Shown here: positions 1-16,940 of the stretch, piece by piece
Position numbering within the stretch: the first letter of the stretch is position 1
How the letters are laid out: the number at the start of each line of letters is the position of its first letter
NCBI GenBank assembly: GCA_025201805.1
Contig: MU619354.1
Location: forward strand, 1 to 64,000
Direction: 5' to 3'
From: Parasitella parasitica NRRL 2501
Lineage: Eukaryota > Fungi > Mucoromycota
DNA length: 64,000 bases
The notes under the pieces: model-generated
Told to the model about the DNA's origin: nothing
The model's database searches: none
Seen by the model: only the letters and a program-made list of their open reading frames with translations
Made by a program: the position numbers and the translations under genes

Positions 1-456
1 GATTATATGCAATTCTGATATGTAAATTTGTGATATCATCTGCTAACTTTATAGATATCCATAAAAACATGGATGCCAATGTTGTTGCCAGATAGCGCCA
101 AGTCAATGCTAAGTTTTCCAAGTTAGATCTCGGTTCTAAGGTCATTTTATCACAAGTTATGAGCAAATATGTGATATTTATGATAAATGTTGAAAAATAA
201 AACTGTTTTTGCAGATAACTTTTGATAGAGACATTGCCCAGTGGAAAGCAAGTTATGCTCAGATAGCGATGATCATGCCTGTTCTTATGGCGCATAAGAG
301 AGTGTTTATTTTGCTCTTTATCGAAGCCTATCATCGATTATATGTGATTTTTTTGTGGTTTCTGCAGATAACTTTGTATATTCAAGTAAAAAAAAACATT
401 ATACAAATGTGTTTACCAGATAGCGCCAAGTCAACACTTAGTTTTCTAAGTTAGAG
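1..456. repeat. Degenerate ~330-bp-period tandem duplication; member of a dispersed repeat family
   Basis: CCAGATAGCGCCAAGTCAA...AGTTTTC.AAGTTAGA occurs at 88 and 416. AAGTTATGAGCAAATAT.TGATATTTATGATAAA occurs at ~154 and ~1218. A related segment TTTCCAAGT.AGATCTCGGTTCTA..TCATTTTA occurs at 42526. Confidence 0.7.
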
Positions 457-515
457 CGTTGCCCGACTTGATCTGCTATATAAATTTAAGCTAGGACACT
501 TTGATAATAATGTAC

Positions 516-880
516 TTTAATTGATGAAGTTAGGAGATTACTGTGCAATGTTGTGTTGTGACAATTGTGGAAACAGTGGAATCAAGTCTGTATCAGATCA
601 ATAAGTTATCTGTACCATATATCTGTGTGGTTGACAAACATTAAAGTACTGTCGAATCAAAAGTGAATAGACTTTTAGCCTAATATTACATCGGTCCCTG
701 TTAAAGATAATGTTTTTTGCAAATGACTCTTATTGATTAGCATTTTAAATGAGTCACCAAAAATTTATATACCGGTAGTTGTAAAAAGTATAAATAGCAC
801 ATGCAAATTTGAATCTTTAATGAAGTAATCACAAGTTTTCGTATCTCGTTAATACAACGTTTTACTTTTGTACTTTTTGT
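516..880 (+). repeat. Dispersed repeat, direct copy of ~60994-61357
   Basis: Collinear shared blocks TTGACAAACA.TAA.GTACTGTC, CCCTGTTAA.GATA, GTCACCAAAAATTTAT, TGTAAAAAGTATAAATAGCA.ATGCAAA, CAAGTTTTCGTATCTCGTTAAT. Confidence 0.85.
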
Positions 881-1421
881 TGTGCCAGAAAGGCATGAGA
901 TTAAGCAATTATTAGATTGGTAATTCTTTGTATACAATGACAAGGAATAAGCTATTAATGTACAGTAGAACATGTAATAAACTTGGTATTACATACCAAG
1001 TTCAATGTTTAACCATGATGACAAATAGTGTTACAATAGATATAATCTAGTATAAAAAGATGGCATTTTCTTATCAATAAAGTCATTAGTTTTTGTGTCT
1101 GATTTTATTTCTATAAAGTTATACATTTTTTTGAGCAGATCATATTTATATATCCTCTGCGCATAACACTTTTTCTATTTTCGATTTCCGAATTTGCAGA
1201 TCTGAACACTACTGTAGAAGTTATGAGCAAATATCTGATATTTATGATAAAAATTAATAGCAGGATGCTAAAAATTAATCAAGATGAATAGTAAACAGTT
1301 TAAAGGTTTTTCGATAATACTGTTTTTGTTTCAATAAAAATGAATATTTTTATATGATGAGGCTCTGTATAATTTTTTGGAACCCGGTATATAATTTTTA
1401 TTCTATTAGTATGGTAATAAT

Positions 1422-3867
1422 TTAAATGGCTTGGGCAGCCATGACTGGATTCTCAACAGCCAAAGAGGCTTGATGTTTTCTATTGTTTAATTCTTGATCT
1501 TCTCCAAACATAGGGTGTGCAGCCTGCTCTGCTATAGATGCTTGAGAAGCCTCCTCGGCCAAACCTACAGCTACTGGTAAGACCTCAGATGAAACAGACA
1601 TTTCTGGAGCAAAAATCTGAGGCATTTCCAGTAAATCTTCAGGCATTTGGGAAATGGAGACTGAAGGAAGAGCGTCAAAAGCAGAAACTGAAGAAGGTAA
1701 AGGAAGTGGTGAAGCAAGAGCATCTGCAAGAGATTCTGCAACATCAGATAAAGCAGGAGCAGAAGCAAAAACAGCTGCAGCTTTCACATCTTGCTTAGGA
1801 ATATCACAGTAGATGCCACTTTCAAGCTCCTTGCAGACGAGGCCTGAAGGACAATCACGAACCAGCCATTTGTCAATGTTACAGGTCAACCATTGACCAG
1901 ATTTACCAACATTGGCACATTTTTGCTGACCAGACGCAGAGCATGACTTACCATTTAAATCATCACCATCGCTATTCTCTTCGACAGATATAGAACTGAA
2001 TAAAGCTTCTGTGTTTGTTTCTTTCTCATTTTCTTCATCGTTATATTCATTGCCATCTTCATATTCATCGCCATCTTCATATCCTTCGCCATCTTCATAT
2101 CCTTCACCATCTTTATCAATCAAAGTGCTTGTTTTGTCTTCAGGAGAGAGTGGTTGATTTGCTGAAGAGGTTGAAGTAGGAGCAACCCAGTTTCCTAAGT
2201 CATCAAGTTCTTCACTTTGAATATCTTGCTCAGGTTCTTCAGGAATCCCTGAATCAGGATTGTTGTTCTCTTGAGTGATCGACTTATTTGGTAGGTTGAG
2301 TAAAGCTTCACAAGACGCAGGCTTAATGGTATGAATTTTATCGATAGCATTTAGCAATTCACCATTGTCTTGATGGATGTCCCTATTGCAGAATCTTTTA
2401 AATATTTACGCTAAAATAAAAAGCGATTTTCAGATATACTCACCAAACCATAACGCCTGCTAATCCTTCACACACTGCATATTGTACTTTGATATCTAAT
2501 GATTGAGGATCATCATATGAAATGAAATGCTTGGTGTCTGGATTAAAGAGCCATGGTGTTTGTGACACTGAGTCCCAGTTGCGTTCCCAACCTTTGCCGG
2601 GCGTAACCATATCTTCTTGTAACAGACCTTCCTTACGAAGGTTGGCCCATTTCCAAATACCTAAGAACATGTTAGTCATGGCCACTTTGATGCTTAGCGC
2701 ATATGACTGAGTACCTGAAAGGCCTCCAGGCTCCTTGTTACAGTAGGGATCATTCCAATAAGCGTCATCAGAATCGCCTTTGGGAGCGCCTGCTTCCGAA
2801 GCTTGGAACTGGTTTCTGTGCTGTGTCATGTCAACTTGGGCTTTCATGGCACGGCCGTAAAAAGCGAGACCAGCGGTAATCTTGTTCGCAGGTACACCGG
2901 CTTTCTTCCAATCCCTGATGCTTTCAACGAAAGAAAATGGAGCACCTTTTCCCTCTTCTGCCTCAAAAGGAGCATTAGGGCCTGTAGTAGTAGCCCAAGC
3001 GCCGTTGATATCTGTAAAGAAACGTTTTTAGACGATTGTGTCATTTTCGAAATCATAGCTATACCATAAGCCATTAAATTGACGTGATCAAAGAAAGGTA
3101 CGAATGGTTTTAGATTTGTCATTGGAACTCCCGACTTGATAAAGGGCTGAACATGGACAGCCATGGAAATCTCCTTGTGCTCCTTGGGGAATTTCGTATC
3201 CAACGCCTGCCTTAACTCCTTGAGTAGCAACAAAAAGTTGTCGGCATCGTTATCAGCAAATTCATTGCAACCAGCAGCCTGCTTTCCGGGATATTCCCAA
3301 TCTGACATGGTGTTGGTTTACATGTTATTATGCATTATTGATAATTACCTAAATCTACGCCATCCGTGTTGTATTTCTCGATGAAATCTAAATTCCAATT
3401 AATAAATTTCTTACGATCTGAAGCACTTGCGACCATGGGACTGAATCTTTTTGAGCCTGTCCAGCCACCTACTGATAACAGTACTTTTGTTTTGTTGGCA
3501 TGTGCTTGTTTTACTACATTGGGAAGAGACGATTCAACAGCCCAATCATCAGGAAACGAGGGTAAATTGTCCTCGTTATTCAAAATGGCAAAAGCTAGAA
3601 ATATACGGAGGAATGTTAGCTACAAAACAAGCAGACAGTGCCAATACGGGACTACCGTAATTAATATGTGTATACTTGTCAAATGGGATATTTTCTACAG
3701 GATAATTGGCATATAACCAATTGGGAAAATACCTAGTATCAATTGTTAGCTCAAATGGATTATCATCTTCTTTGGTTTGCAGTCAATTACCCAATCACCA
3801 TTTTTGTAGAACCTTCGCATAGGGCAATAGCAGAAGCAAGAGCAGCGGCAATCAGCGATAATCTCAT
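1422..3867 (-). CDS. Secreted GH18 chitinase with C-terminal CBM19-type chitin-binding module (multi-exon)
   Basis: Signal peptide MRLSLIAAALASAIALCEG (ATG 3867). GH18 motifs VIGYFPNW, KVLLSVGGW, NLMAYD, ISYDDPQS, LAGVMVW. Catalytic DGVDL|DWEYP is joined across an intron. The last exon has a Cys-rich module CSASGQQKC...WLVRDCPSGLVC...CD. Confidence 0.93.
2044..2115 (-). repeat. 18-bp coding tandem repeat (DGEGYE-like x4) in the chitinase linker
   Basis: GCCATCTTCATAT units at 18-bp spacing; translation DGEGYEDGEGYEDGDEYEDGNEY. Confidence 0.85.
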
Positions 3868-5383
3868 AATAGCGTATAGTAAATTCGTGGCATGTTTGGT
3901 TAAAAAGATATTCCTTTTATATGGTATTTTTTTCCCTGGTATGTCAGTGATATTTTAAATTAATGGTAAAATGACATTGTGCTTCATTCTTTAATCTATT
4001 GAGTCTCGAAAGATGTAAAATACAACAAATATTTCAATTGAGCATTGGATTGAAGCTGAATCTGGACCTGCTAACTATCATTATTAGTTCTTGGACTAAA
4101 AAATTTTATTGAATTGCTAAAAAAAGGAACTTTATTGAATATAAATCCCAATATGCTGTATATTTTGGAACAAGTGTGGTTAGCATCATTTCGATTGCAG
4201 CGTTAAAAAAGCATAGACCTCAAAATCTCTTTCTTTATTATCATCCACTGCTTACTGATCGAGTTGTAGTATAATGAATAGCATATGCAATTCTACTTCT
4301 TGAGCTTTTCCTCCATTCATATCTAATCAGTTGTAACAGTTTTTTATTTTTTTATTATTTTTACGTTGGTTTGGTTCAATTGAAGTAGTGTTTACAATGC
4401 CGGTTCTCAAAAAGTAAAGAAATACGAGTAGATGCACGTTTAGCCCACATCATAGTACCCTGGTGCAACCTCGAAAGTTATGTACTGAAATAGGAATAGA
4501 TAAACGAAAAGATTGACTTCAACGCAATCTGTTACAGGCTATGCTAGCCCCCTTTTGAGGCCCATGATCTCCCAACAAATCATCTAAATCGGCAACGCTG
4601 TTACACATACAGATTTACAAAACCATCGCGCGTCCCTTTAATGTAGCTTTTGGTTTAAGGTTTACTGATAACTCTGACTTAGATGAAAGCTTAAGCTTTT
4701 CCAAACTTGATTACCATACCTTCCCATACGCGCCAATTATTAACCACCTCATCAGTGGACGAGAGATATCTTGGTTGTGATTTATAAACTTTGGACAAAG
4801 ACCATCTTTCCTAATTATAGCAACACAAGCACATTCGAATTTGAAATCGTTTGCCCAAAAAAGAGGTTAGAGCAACCTTTCACGACACTATGGTGCACGC
4901 ATACATATTTATTTATTTGAATGGGATTTGATAACATGGCAAATATCAATTGATCTCTGAAAGATTCCATGTAGCTCATACAGACATCATGATACACTTG
5001 AGCTTATAATCGATTCCTACTGCTTTATAGCCTTGTATTCAATTAGATTCAACATACCTTCAATAGCAATGCAACAAGAGGAAAATAGGAATCACTGACG
5101 AACCAACGAGAGTCAATCAAGCAATTCTATACATCATTTATTAGCGGTAATTGGTAGAATGAAAAAGAATGGCCTGGCCCTTTTCCGTTTTACGCTCCAA
5201 CCCCTTGTTTTTGGTATTTTTCTTGTTTTACCCTCTGTCTCTCTCTTTCTCTCTTTTCTTTCCTGTATTTTTCTTTCCCTCTTTTTTATACACTGTGTAT
5301 TTTTTTTCTTTACATATTCAATCAATAGAAGATCAAAAGTAGCCTTCTCTATATCTTTTGAACCGAAAAAAAAAACCAATAAA

Positions 5384-7427
5384 ATGAGCTTGCAACGTAA
5401 AAAGAAACCTGTTGAATTTCATTTTGTAGACATGAATGACCCAGATAGATACAAAAAACTCAAGGTTGCTCGTGCCTGCGATTTTTGCCGCCGTCGTAAA
5501 TCAAAGTAAATAAATCAAGGAATGAGCCTTTTCAATAATTTTCCTTTTATATAAATGCTCCTTTAAATTTAATTTATATAGATGCGACATCGGTATTCCT
5601 GGTTCCGGTACTTGCTCCAATTGCCACAAGCATCAAATGGTTTGCAGCTTCTCGCCTGTAGCTTCCCGCACATTGGATTCTTCTAGCACAAGACCTGAAG
5701 ACGCCTTATTAACCCCGCAACATAATCATCACCAGCGGCAGCAGCAGCGAAATCAACTCGACCAGTACGCAGCAAAATATCCATTGCTATGTATAAAAGA
5801 TGGGCAGGTTGGATACGAAGTAAGTCAATTGGTAACTTTTACCGATGAAGACTCTGTAGATCAGCCAATCAATTTGCTGGACCGAAACAACCTTCAGGAA
5901 CCATCATTGCCGCTGGAATCAAAGCTGTTTGACATCTATTTCCAGCATGTACATCCGGCTTTCCCTGTGCTGCTGAAGCAGTCTGTCTTGAACATTCACT
6001 CCCAAGATAGACTGCTGCTATCAAAGACATTGCGATATGCAATCATGGCATTAGCATGTAGTTTTTATCCAAAGTCACCATCAACGCCGTATGATTACCC
6101 ATACAACCAAGACGTATCATCCGATAATACAGCAGCAGCCAGCTATTTTTACGATATTGCAAGACAGGAGCTAGAAGCGACCACATTCACCAAGAAGTTG
6201 GATGTTGTACAATCATTACTGCTGCTGTATAAGCACAATGAAATCACATACAAAGATGGTATTCGATATCTACAACAAGCGCAGGATCTTGTCAGCCAAA
6301 TATCTTCGATCATGCCGCAGCAGCAAGAGATGATTAACCGTACTCGCTGGGTGTTATTTGGCATTATCGGCCTATCCAATCTGTCGGATCCACGCTACAA
6401 CCAAATGTACAAAAAGGTCGATTTACCTGTCGAGTTGCCTCAGGCATTGCAGGAAGAAATCAGTGATGATAGCTCGGCTCAGCAACACGTGAATCGGTTT
6501 GCTCAAATTGCCAACCTAAGTGTCTTGTATTCACACACAGTCCAAAGTCTAATAACATGTTCCGTCACACATGTTATATGCTTGAATCAATTCAAAGAAA
6601 TCCGGCAACATTGGCACAACTCTCTGCACCCAATAACGCAAAGAAAATTGCTGTCCAACGACGACCCAGAACAAGACGTTGATATCATGATACTCTACAG
6701 TGCAATTTTGTACGATATGCTTTACCTGTTGCTGGTATTGCATTACAGTCTAATTGAAACTGAATCGGAGTCAGTTGAAGCGGCATATAGATTACAACGC
6801 ATGGTACATAATTGGGTTACTCGCTCGTCGTTCATGAGCACAGTGCAATGTAGAAGAATGGCTTCTTTTGCATTAATGTTGTCATTGCAACTGCATATCT
6901 TAACAGATAAAATAGATACGGACTATATACAGCAAATCCGCCAGACGCTGCAATACGTGAAGATCAGTCCCAGAATCGATAAAGAGCTGCAAGAGCTCTT
7001 GTCCACTAAAGCAGTTGTGCAACCACCACCTATGGACTACTTCAGTCTGATACCTCAATCGATCATGCACTCTACTACGTCTTCTCCGCTGGACTTCCCA
7101 TCTTCGTCTACCCCCGGCTTATGGGACATCCTCTCTACTACAACAAACGGCGGATTAACTACACCCATCAAAGAGGAGGAAAACAATCAAACTTCTTATT
7201 GGATGATAGACCAGCAGCAACAACGACAGCAACGACAGCAACAACGATTACAGTTACATGAGTTGCAGCAGCAGATGGCACACTTTACGCCCACTCTGCC
7301 CGGTTCTACCACCACGAGCAGCTCCCTCGAAGCAGCTGCCACAAACACAGATGCGGATTACTCTTATTTGATACCAGAAATATGGAGTCCAACAACTATA
7401 GAGAACCTCAACCAAATGAAAATATAA
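5384..7427 (+). CDS. Zn(II)2Cys6 transcription factor with fungal-specific TF domain
   Basis: ATG 5384. Intron 5506-5581 joins RACDFCRRRKSK|CDIGIPGSGTCSNCHKHQMVC. YFQHVHPAFPVL Fungal_trans motif; Q-rich C-terminus. Confidence 0.92.
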
Positions 7428-7495
7428 TTTTTATTGCATTCAACACACATATACAAAAATACACAAATACAGTACATATCTCTCCCCCCCCCCCT

Positions 7496-9263
7496 CTATC
7501 GATCTTGTCTTTTATCTTCATCAATAATACCAGCCATTTTCAATAATTCTTTATCGAGCTGCCCATCCGATTGTCTTAAATTAAGGCCAGCCCTCCTTGC
7601 TGCCTCTTGTTTATCAAATTGCCATTCCTTTGCCTGTTTTTCTCTGTCTTTTTCATTGCCCAAGCCAAACACTTCAATATCCTCAGTATCAAATTGGTAA
7701 TAAAAATCTTGATGTTTTCTTGATATAATAGCGCTTTCAAAGCTAGGCTGTGATGGATAGGCTTCGTTTTGATACGTGCCTTCCTGCAGTGTGTTTTTCA
7801 ATGAAATAATAAACTGGCGCGTCTGGCTGCTGCCTGTAGTTGAGCCAAATCCGATACCGAATTCATGATGGTAGTAAATGTAGTGATCATTATTTTCGAC
7901 GCCTTTTTGGTTGATGATGGGGTGAAATATATCAAATGAGGGGTCCAGCTCAAACAGAAAACATTGGTTCGTACCCCAGAAATGCTTGGAGTTTTTCCAT
8001 GGTTGTGTTATGTACGCCCCTATAACCATAGATCGATGCTGCTGCTGCTCGACAGAGTGTTTTCTACTTCCAATAGCATGAGGCGTAGAGACTGCATCTA
8101 CTCTCATCACAAACAGTGTGGGACCTGGGTATTTAAACACATGGCTTTCAAATCTATTCATGCTAAAACCATCTTTGTCAGCCGAGTAGAGTCGAGTCCA
8201 TTGCTTGGTTATAAGGATCTCTTCGGGTAGAGACCATGATAACAAGGTGGTATAAAGCGGCGACAGAATCTCTGTTTCACATGGAGTAGGTGTTTGATCT
8301 TTAGGCAGTAATCGTGTCTGGTTTGATTTTTCGTAATAAGCAAATGTCTTTGTTACCAATGATTGTAACGGTTTAAATAAATGTGGCGAGAAGGTCCTTT
8401 TCCATCGGCAAAATGAAGCATATGAAATGCAAGGCAAGTCGTCGCTGTTACTGAGCATGTCTAATGGTTTGATATTGTTCACAATACTGGTAGCCATAGT
8501 TCGCAAGCCCTCGAAATCGTGCTTGCATTCCTTGTCTGCCTCTCCAAGCCAAAGCAATAGTACAAACAATTCGATTAAATCTCGGCATAAAATTTTGGTC
8601 CCTTCCTCGCTGACAGCTGCTTCTTCACCTTGATCCAATTCCACGTCATTGAAATCGACACCCAATTCCGCCAAGGAAAGGCCTTTTGATTCTTGATTTA
8701 GACTTGATTTCGTCACTATGACAAGTTCCTCCTCCCCTCCCTCATTCTGCTCATTAACCTCTGTCTGTGCTGTGTTTGTATCTTCTGGTGGAGGTAATAC
8801 AGACAACGATTGAAAAAATAGGTTCTCAGAGACTCTCTCTGTTGCTGTGTCAAGATATCCCACAATGACTACAAATGCAGTAAGAAATGCATCAAAGGAT
8901 AAAGGAACAGGCCCAGCTGTTGTGCATGAGGGATAGGAGCCTAAATACGAAAATGCTTTGAAAAGCAACACACCTGCAGGCTCAACTTGACAAGGCAACT
9001 GCAAATAATCCTATATTTTGTTCACCCCTTTCAATACAACAAAACAACATGGAATTATTTAGGTCATTTGTGCTTACCAAAAATTTCTTGGGCTCAATAC
9101 ATTCAAAGTTATCCTTAAATGTTGATTTCAGGTCGTTAAAGACGTATTGCAGTGACACTAGTTCGATCCTTGTTACAAGTTTTCTTGGTCGGAATACATT
9201 TTTCGGTGATGCTGGTAATGAAGAAAGTCTCTTTTCTGTCGGCTTCGTATTTGCTTGGCCCAT
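7496..9263 (-). CDS. RTC5: TLDc-domain protein, Rtc5/MEAK7-like (V-ATPase associated)
   Basis: N-terminal MGQANTK (myristoylation-like). TLDc motifs WTRLYSADKDGFSMNRFESHVFKYPGPTL, FWGTNQCFLFEL, GIGFG, IEVFGLG. Rtc5-type tail KEWQFDKQEAARRA...DKELLKMAGII. One intron near 9002-9077. Confidence 0.85.
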
Positions 9264-9877
9264 TTGGTGATGTTTGTTGAGGGAAAAAGAAAGAAGGACA
9301 TACGCGCAAGATAAAAAAAAGGCTCATTTTAGGGTGGAGAGTGTACATAGCATAGTTTCTGATTTTCAGCTTTATGCAATTCTTTGAGTAAATAAAAAGG
9401 TTGTCTTGGAAACCGCTGCTATCTTCACAGCGATGTATATGATTAGATACTTTCGTGGCAGCTAGATACTTGCTAAATATTCTTTGAAAACACACGATGA
9501 TCGGGGGCTTATGTGTAATCGAGTTTTGAAGAAAAGAGCCACAACCCTCAGACGAAATATTGGACCACATTTCGCTGTATTTTGATTGGAATAAAGCTAA
9601 TAACTACATAGTTGAATCAGTAGCGGCTTTTGGGCCCAAAAGTACATGCAACAAAGGATTAATTGCCTTTTATAGCATTGCATTTACAACATTCCTATCA
9701 CAATGCAGGTTAAGCAAGAAAAAACAAGTTTAAACTATTAAATCCGAGTAGGAAATACCCATTTTAACCATCGAAAAGAAAGAGGTAGAGAGAATTCATT
9801 ACATATTTCCATCTTCCTTTTCTAATTTTCTAATTTTCATATTTTCTCTTTTTCTTCCACATTTCAACTCATAAAAA

Positions 9878-13045
<3,168 letters not shown>

Positions 13046-13448
13046 TGACAAAGTATTAAAGACACAATAAATCCTATGGCAAATATGACAAATCGTTATA
13101 TTATTAACAGCAAATCCTACTGAAATTGTTTCCACTTTACAGAAATTTAGTAATTATATATATTGAGTTTATTTGATGCACTACTTTTTTGGCGACGAAT
13201 ATCTATATTATCAATATAACTTCAGGTCGATACAAAAGAGAGCAACTTGATAATTACGATAAAGCATTATCCCATATCGAGTATCTCGATGGCCATTGGA
13301 AGAACTTTGCTTTTTAAATCCCACCAATGTAACATTCTATAAAGCTAAGTCGTGTGATCGCATTTGAGAATAATTGACATCTGAAGATATAAAAAGATAC
13401 ATTTTTTATGTAAAGATGAACGTGTATACAGAGGGGTTTTATAATTAT

Positions 13449-16408
13449 CTAAGAGGTTAATTGAATAAATTTGCGCTTCTTCTCATCGTCAGCAGGTTTG
13501 TTCGCATTTTCATCAAAGAAATCAGAAGTATTTCTTGATTTATAATCGCGTTGAAGGTATGTCAATGCAGCTCTATTATACCCCATCACGTCTTTTTGGC
13601 GCTGTAATTGTACACGGAGATGGAAACGAATAGAATCAAGCATGGGACGCATCATTCTATTAGCAACAATTTGATTGTGATGTGTCTTGACGACAGAGAA
13701 AAGTACGCGAGATATCAGGACAATGCTCCAATTCTATGAAATAAAGATTCAATTACGAGTTCAAGACATTGCAACAATCAAAAGTACCTTCTTTGCCCAA
13801 CTTTCAATGTATGAAAACAAAGACATGACTTTAGAAAAGGGCAAGATCATGAGTGCTTCTTCAAGATCATTAGCTCTGATTTTCTTGAGCACATCTAATA
13901 CATATCTATCAGGCTCAATATCACCCATAGCCATTAAAATAGCATGACGCTGGGGAGGTTGACCAGGTAAACCACGAGCTTTCGCATTCTCATATGCTAG
14001 CCAACCATTCTTCTCTTCATCGCCAATATCCATCGCTTCAATTACCCTTTCACCAGCTTTCAGGGTTTCCATAGTTTGTTTACCAGCAGAGTCTACTTCC
14101 ATGTCACCTGCATTTACATTTGTCTTTTCTAACTGACTCACAAGTGTGTTTTCATAAAGATCTTCTAGTTCTTTTTCACGTTCTTCTTCCAAGAAAAGCT
14201 GTTCATCAGTCTTTTCCCAAACACGCATAGATCTATCATGAGAGCCCGTCACCACAAAGGAGCCATGCTTGGAAACAGCCAGAGCCCATACTTCACCATG
14301 ATGGCCTTCTAATTTCATAATATTTTCAAACTTATCACCATCCCAGTACTTGACAGTTTTGTCTTTAGAAACGGTGAAAAAGTAGTGAGTACCCCAAACG
14401 AACTGAATGGACATGACACTCTCTTGATGCGCAAACAGGGATTTATGGCAATCACCGAAATCCAGACCCCATAGTTTAACATTCTTATCGGCGGAGCAGG
14501 TAGCGATCAACATGTTATCAGATGAAATGTCCATCGATAAAACTGGCAGCTTGTGGCCATATAAAGACAAAAAGAATTTGAGTGTATCATGGTAAAACAC
14601 CTTGACAGTTGAATCTAATAAAGATACTGCCATTAAATTTTGATCTGGGCTATATCGCAGGCATAGAACTTCATCAGACATTTTGAGTGTTCTCATATGA
14701 ATAAAAGTTAGCCGCTTAACAGTGCTGTTTTTATCTTGCACCATATCGAAATCCCAAAATTTGACGTCCTTGTCTGCACTACCGGTAGCAAAACCACGTT
14801 TATCGGGACGCACTTGAAGAGAGTAAATAGCGCCATCGTGAGCTTTGACAGATTCTATTAATGACGAGGAGCCGATATCGTATAATTCTAATTCACCCGT
14901 CTTGGTACCAATGAGAATATGCTTGTTACCAGGCAAAAATGCACTACAAAGTGCAAACCCACATTCGATAGAACGAATGCAAGATCTTGTCTTCATATTC
15001 CACACCTTTAGTAGATTACTTGATGCAGAAGCTAATAATTCATCGTCGCTGCTAAGCGTCAAAGTACGAATATCTGATCTATGGCCAGGAACATCAATAG
15101 AATATAAACGGGATGCCTCTGTTTCTTCCTTCTTTTCATGCGTAATAGGGACAGCATATGACTCGATAGTGTTATTGCTCAAGGAAGCGACGATTCGAAT
15201 TTCACCAGCCTTCTCGACATCTACAACAGGAGCGAAATCAAAGCTGCGAACTTTAGCAGGTGTGCGTACCAAGCATTCTGTTGTGAATTCATCTTGAACT
15301 TCAATGTCGTTGCTGATCTCAGTCTCATCCTTTCCCTTCTCTCTTGCTCTCTTCTTTCTACGTTGGATCTTCTTACGAATGCTTTCATGATCACGCAATT
15401 TAAAAATTTCCACTGATTTATCGTTCGCTTGAACACCTACAAATTTTCCAGATGGGTGAAATTGAATGGTAACAATACGATCACGAGATTGACGAGGAAT
15501 TTGGCCATACACATTAATGGCTTTTTGTAGTGTGGAAGGTGTACTACTATCGATTTGCATTTGATCTTCTTGTCCAAGTTCCTCCAAAGATAGACCTAAG
15601 ATCTTCCAATCAATCTTCCAGGCTTTAAGTTGAGCTTCGGAACCACCAGAAATGATAACCTTTTCGTCGTTGGATACAGCAAATGACCAGACTTCGCTTC
15701 TATGACCGACCAAAGTTTCTCTACAATACTGAGCTGATAAATCCCATAATTTGATCAAGGTGTCCTTGGATGATGAAAGAACATAGCCTTCTTTAGACAC
15801 ACCAACTTCAGTTTCAGCATCTATCTTTTTTGAACCCAAAAAAGCCAAGCAAGTGATTTGATCTTTATGACCCTTCAGACGATATAAACCAGATTCTGAT
15901 ATGATATCCCAAATGATAAGGTCCGTATCTCTTGATCCAGAAGCAAGACGAGTTCCATCGCTATCAAATGCTAGAGCAGTAACAGCAGATCGATGCCCGC
16001 TCAGTGTTACTGTAGATGTGTTGGTCTGAATATTCCAGATTCGAATAGTGCCATTGCCATAACTATCCAAATTCAAACATTAATAACAAGCAGTTTTGAC
16101 GGTTTCAAATCATTAACATTACCCAACAGCAAAATCTTTGTTATTTGGGCTTTTTGAAATGCATGTAACTTCTGAGTTATTTCCAAATTCTCTCCATTTA
16201 CCAACCTAAGCGATAAATTAGTGATATTCAGTGATGAGATGTGAATGCTTTGTACCTCCACACCCTTCTTGAGATCCCAAAGGATGACTTCTTCAAGTGC
16301 AGGAGCAATTGCAATTTTGCCAGTATGATCATAAATAACGTTTGCAAGCGTAGAAGCAATAACACCAAATGTCGCTAATGGTTCATAACGAAGATATGCT
16401 TTCACCAT
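13449..16408 (-). CDS. UTP12: WD40-repeat U3 snoRNP/SSU processome subunit Utp12/Dip2
   Basis: Start MVKAYLRYEP. Many WD repeats (RLASGSRDTDLIIWD, FFLSLYGHKLPVLSMDISSD, KLWGLDFGDCHKSLFAHQES). C-terminal Utp12 domain (DLEEALMILPFS, DVMGYNRAAL). Confidence 0.96.
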
Positions 16409-16828
16409 GATGTCGTTGATGGGCAGTTCGAAGAAATTGAGGAATTGAAACTTTTTTATGGCTCTTTTGGTTGAAGTCGTGACCTTCAATCCTTTTCATG
16501 GATGTCAGTGGCGTCCTTACATGTCGTCCATTACGAATGACTTGATTTAAGAACAAAAGAATTCCTGATTACATTAAATGAAACTGATAACCGATAAACT
16601 GTTAAGTAACATGGAGATGGTCGCGATACATTGTATGTTGATTTTAAGTCAATTTAAACATGATATGGCTGCATTATATCAAGTGTTGCAACTATTTATC
16701 TACTTTGACATCTTTTTCTGCTAAAAATAATTTTCATAGCAATTTTATGGTTATATTGGCTCTTTCCATGTCTTAATCAATTACTACTACCTTCGCTAAT
16801 GCTAAATCCTGTCATCATAATCTACATG

Positions 16829-16850
16829 TTATGTTGCCATGGTAACATAA
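16829..16850. promoter_or_regulatory. RFX X-box-like palindrome in the UTP12/COX23 divergent promoter
   Basis: TTATGTTGCCATGGTAACATAA; the core GTTGCCATGGTAAC fits the X-box consensus GTTNCCATGGNAAC. Confidence 0.5.
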
Positions 16851-16940
16851 ACTCCGCTCTAAACTCCGATAATTGCGTGAGGTTGGATGCCAGGGCCCAA
16901 AATCGTTTGTTTCTCTTTTCCTAACACTAAAAATCGTGGA

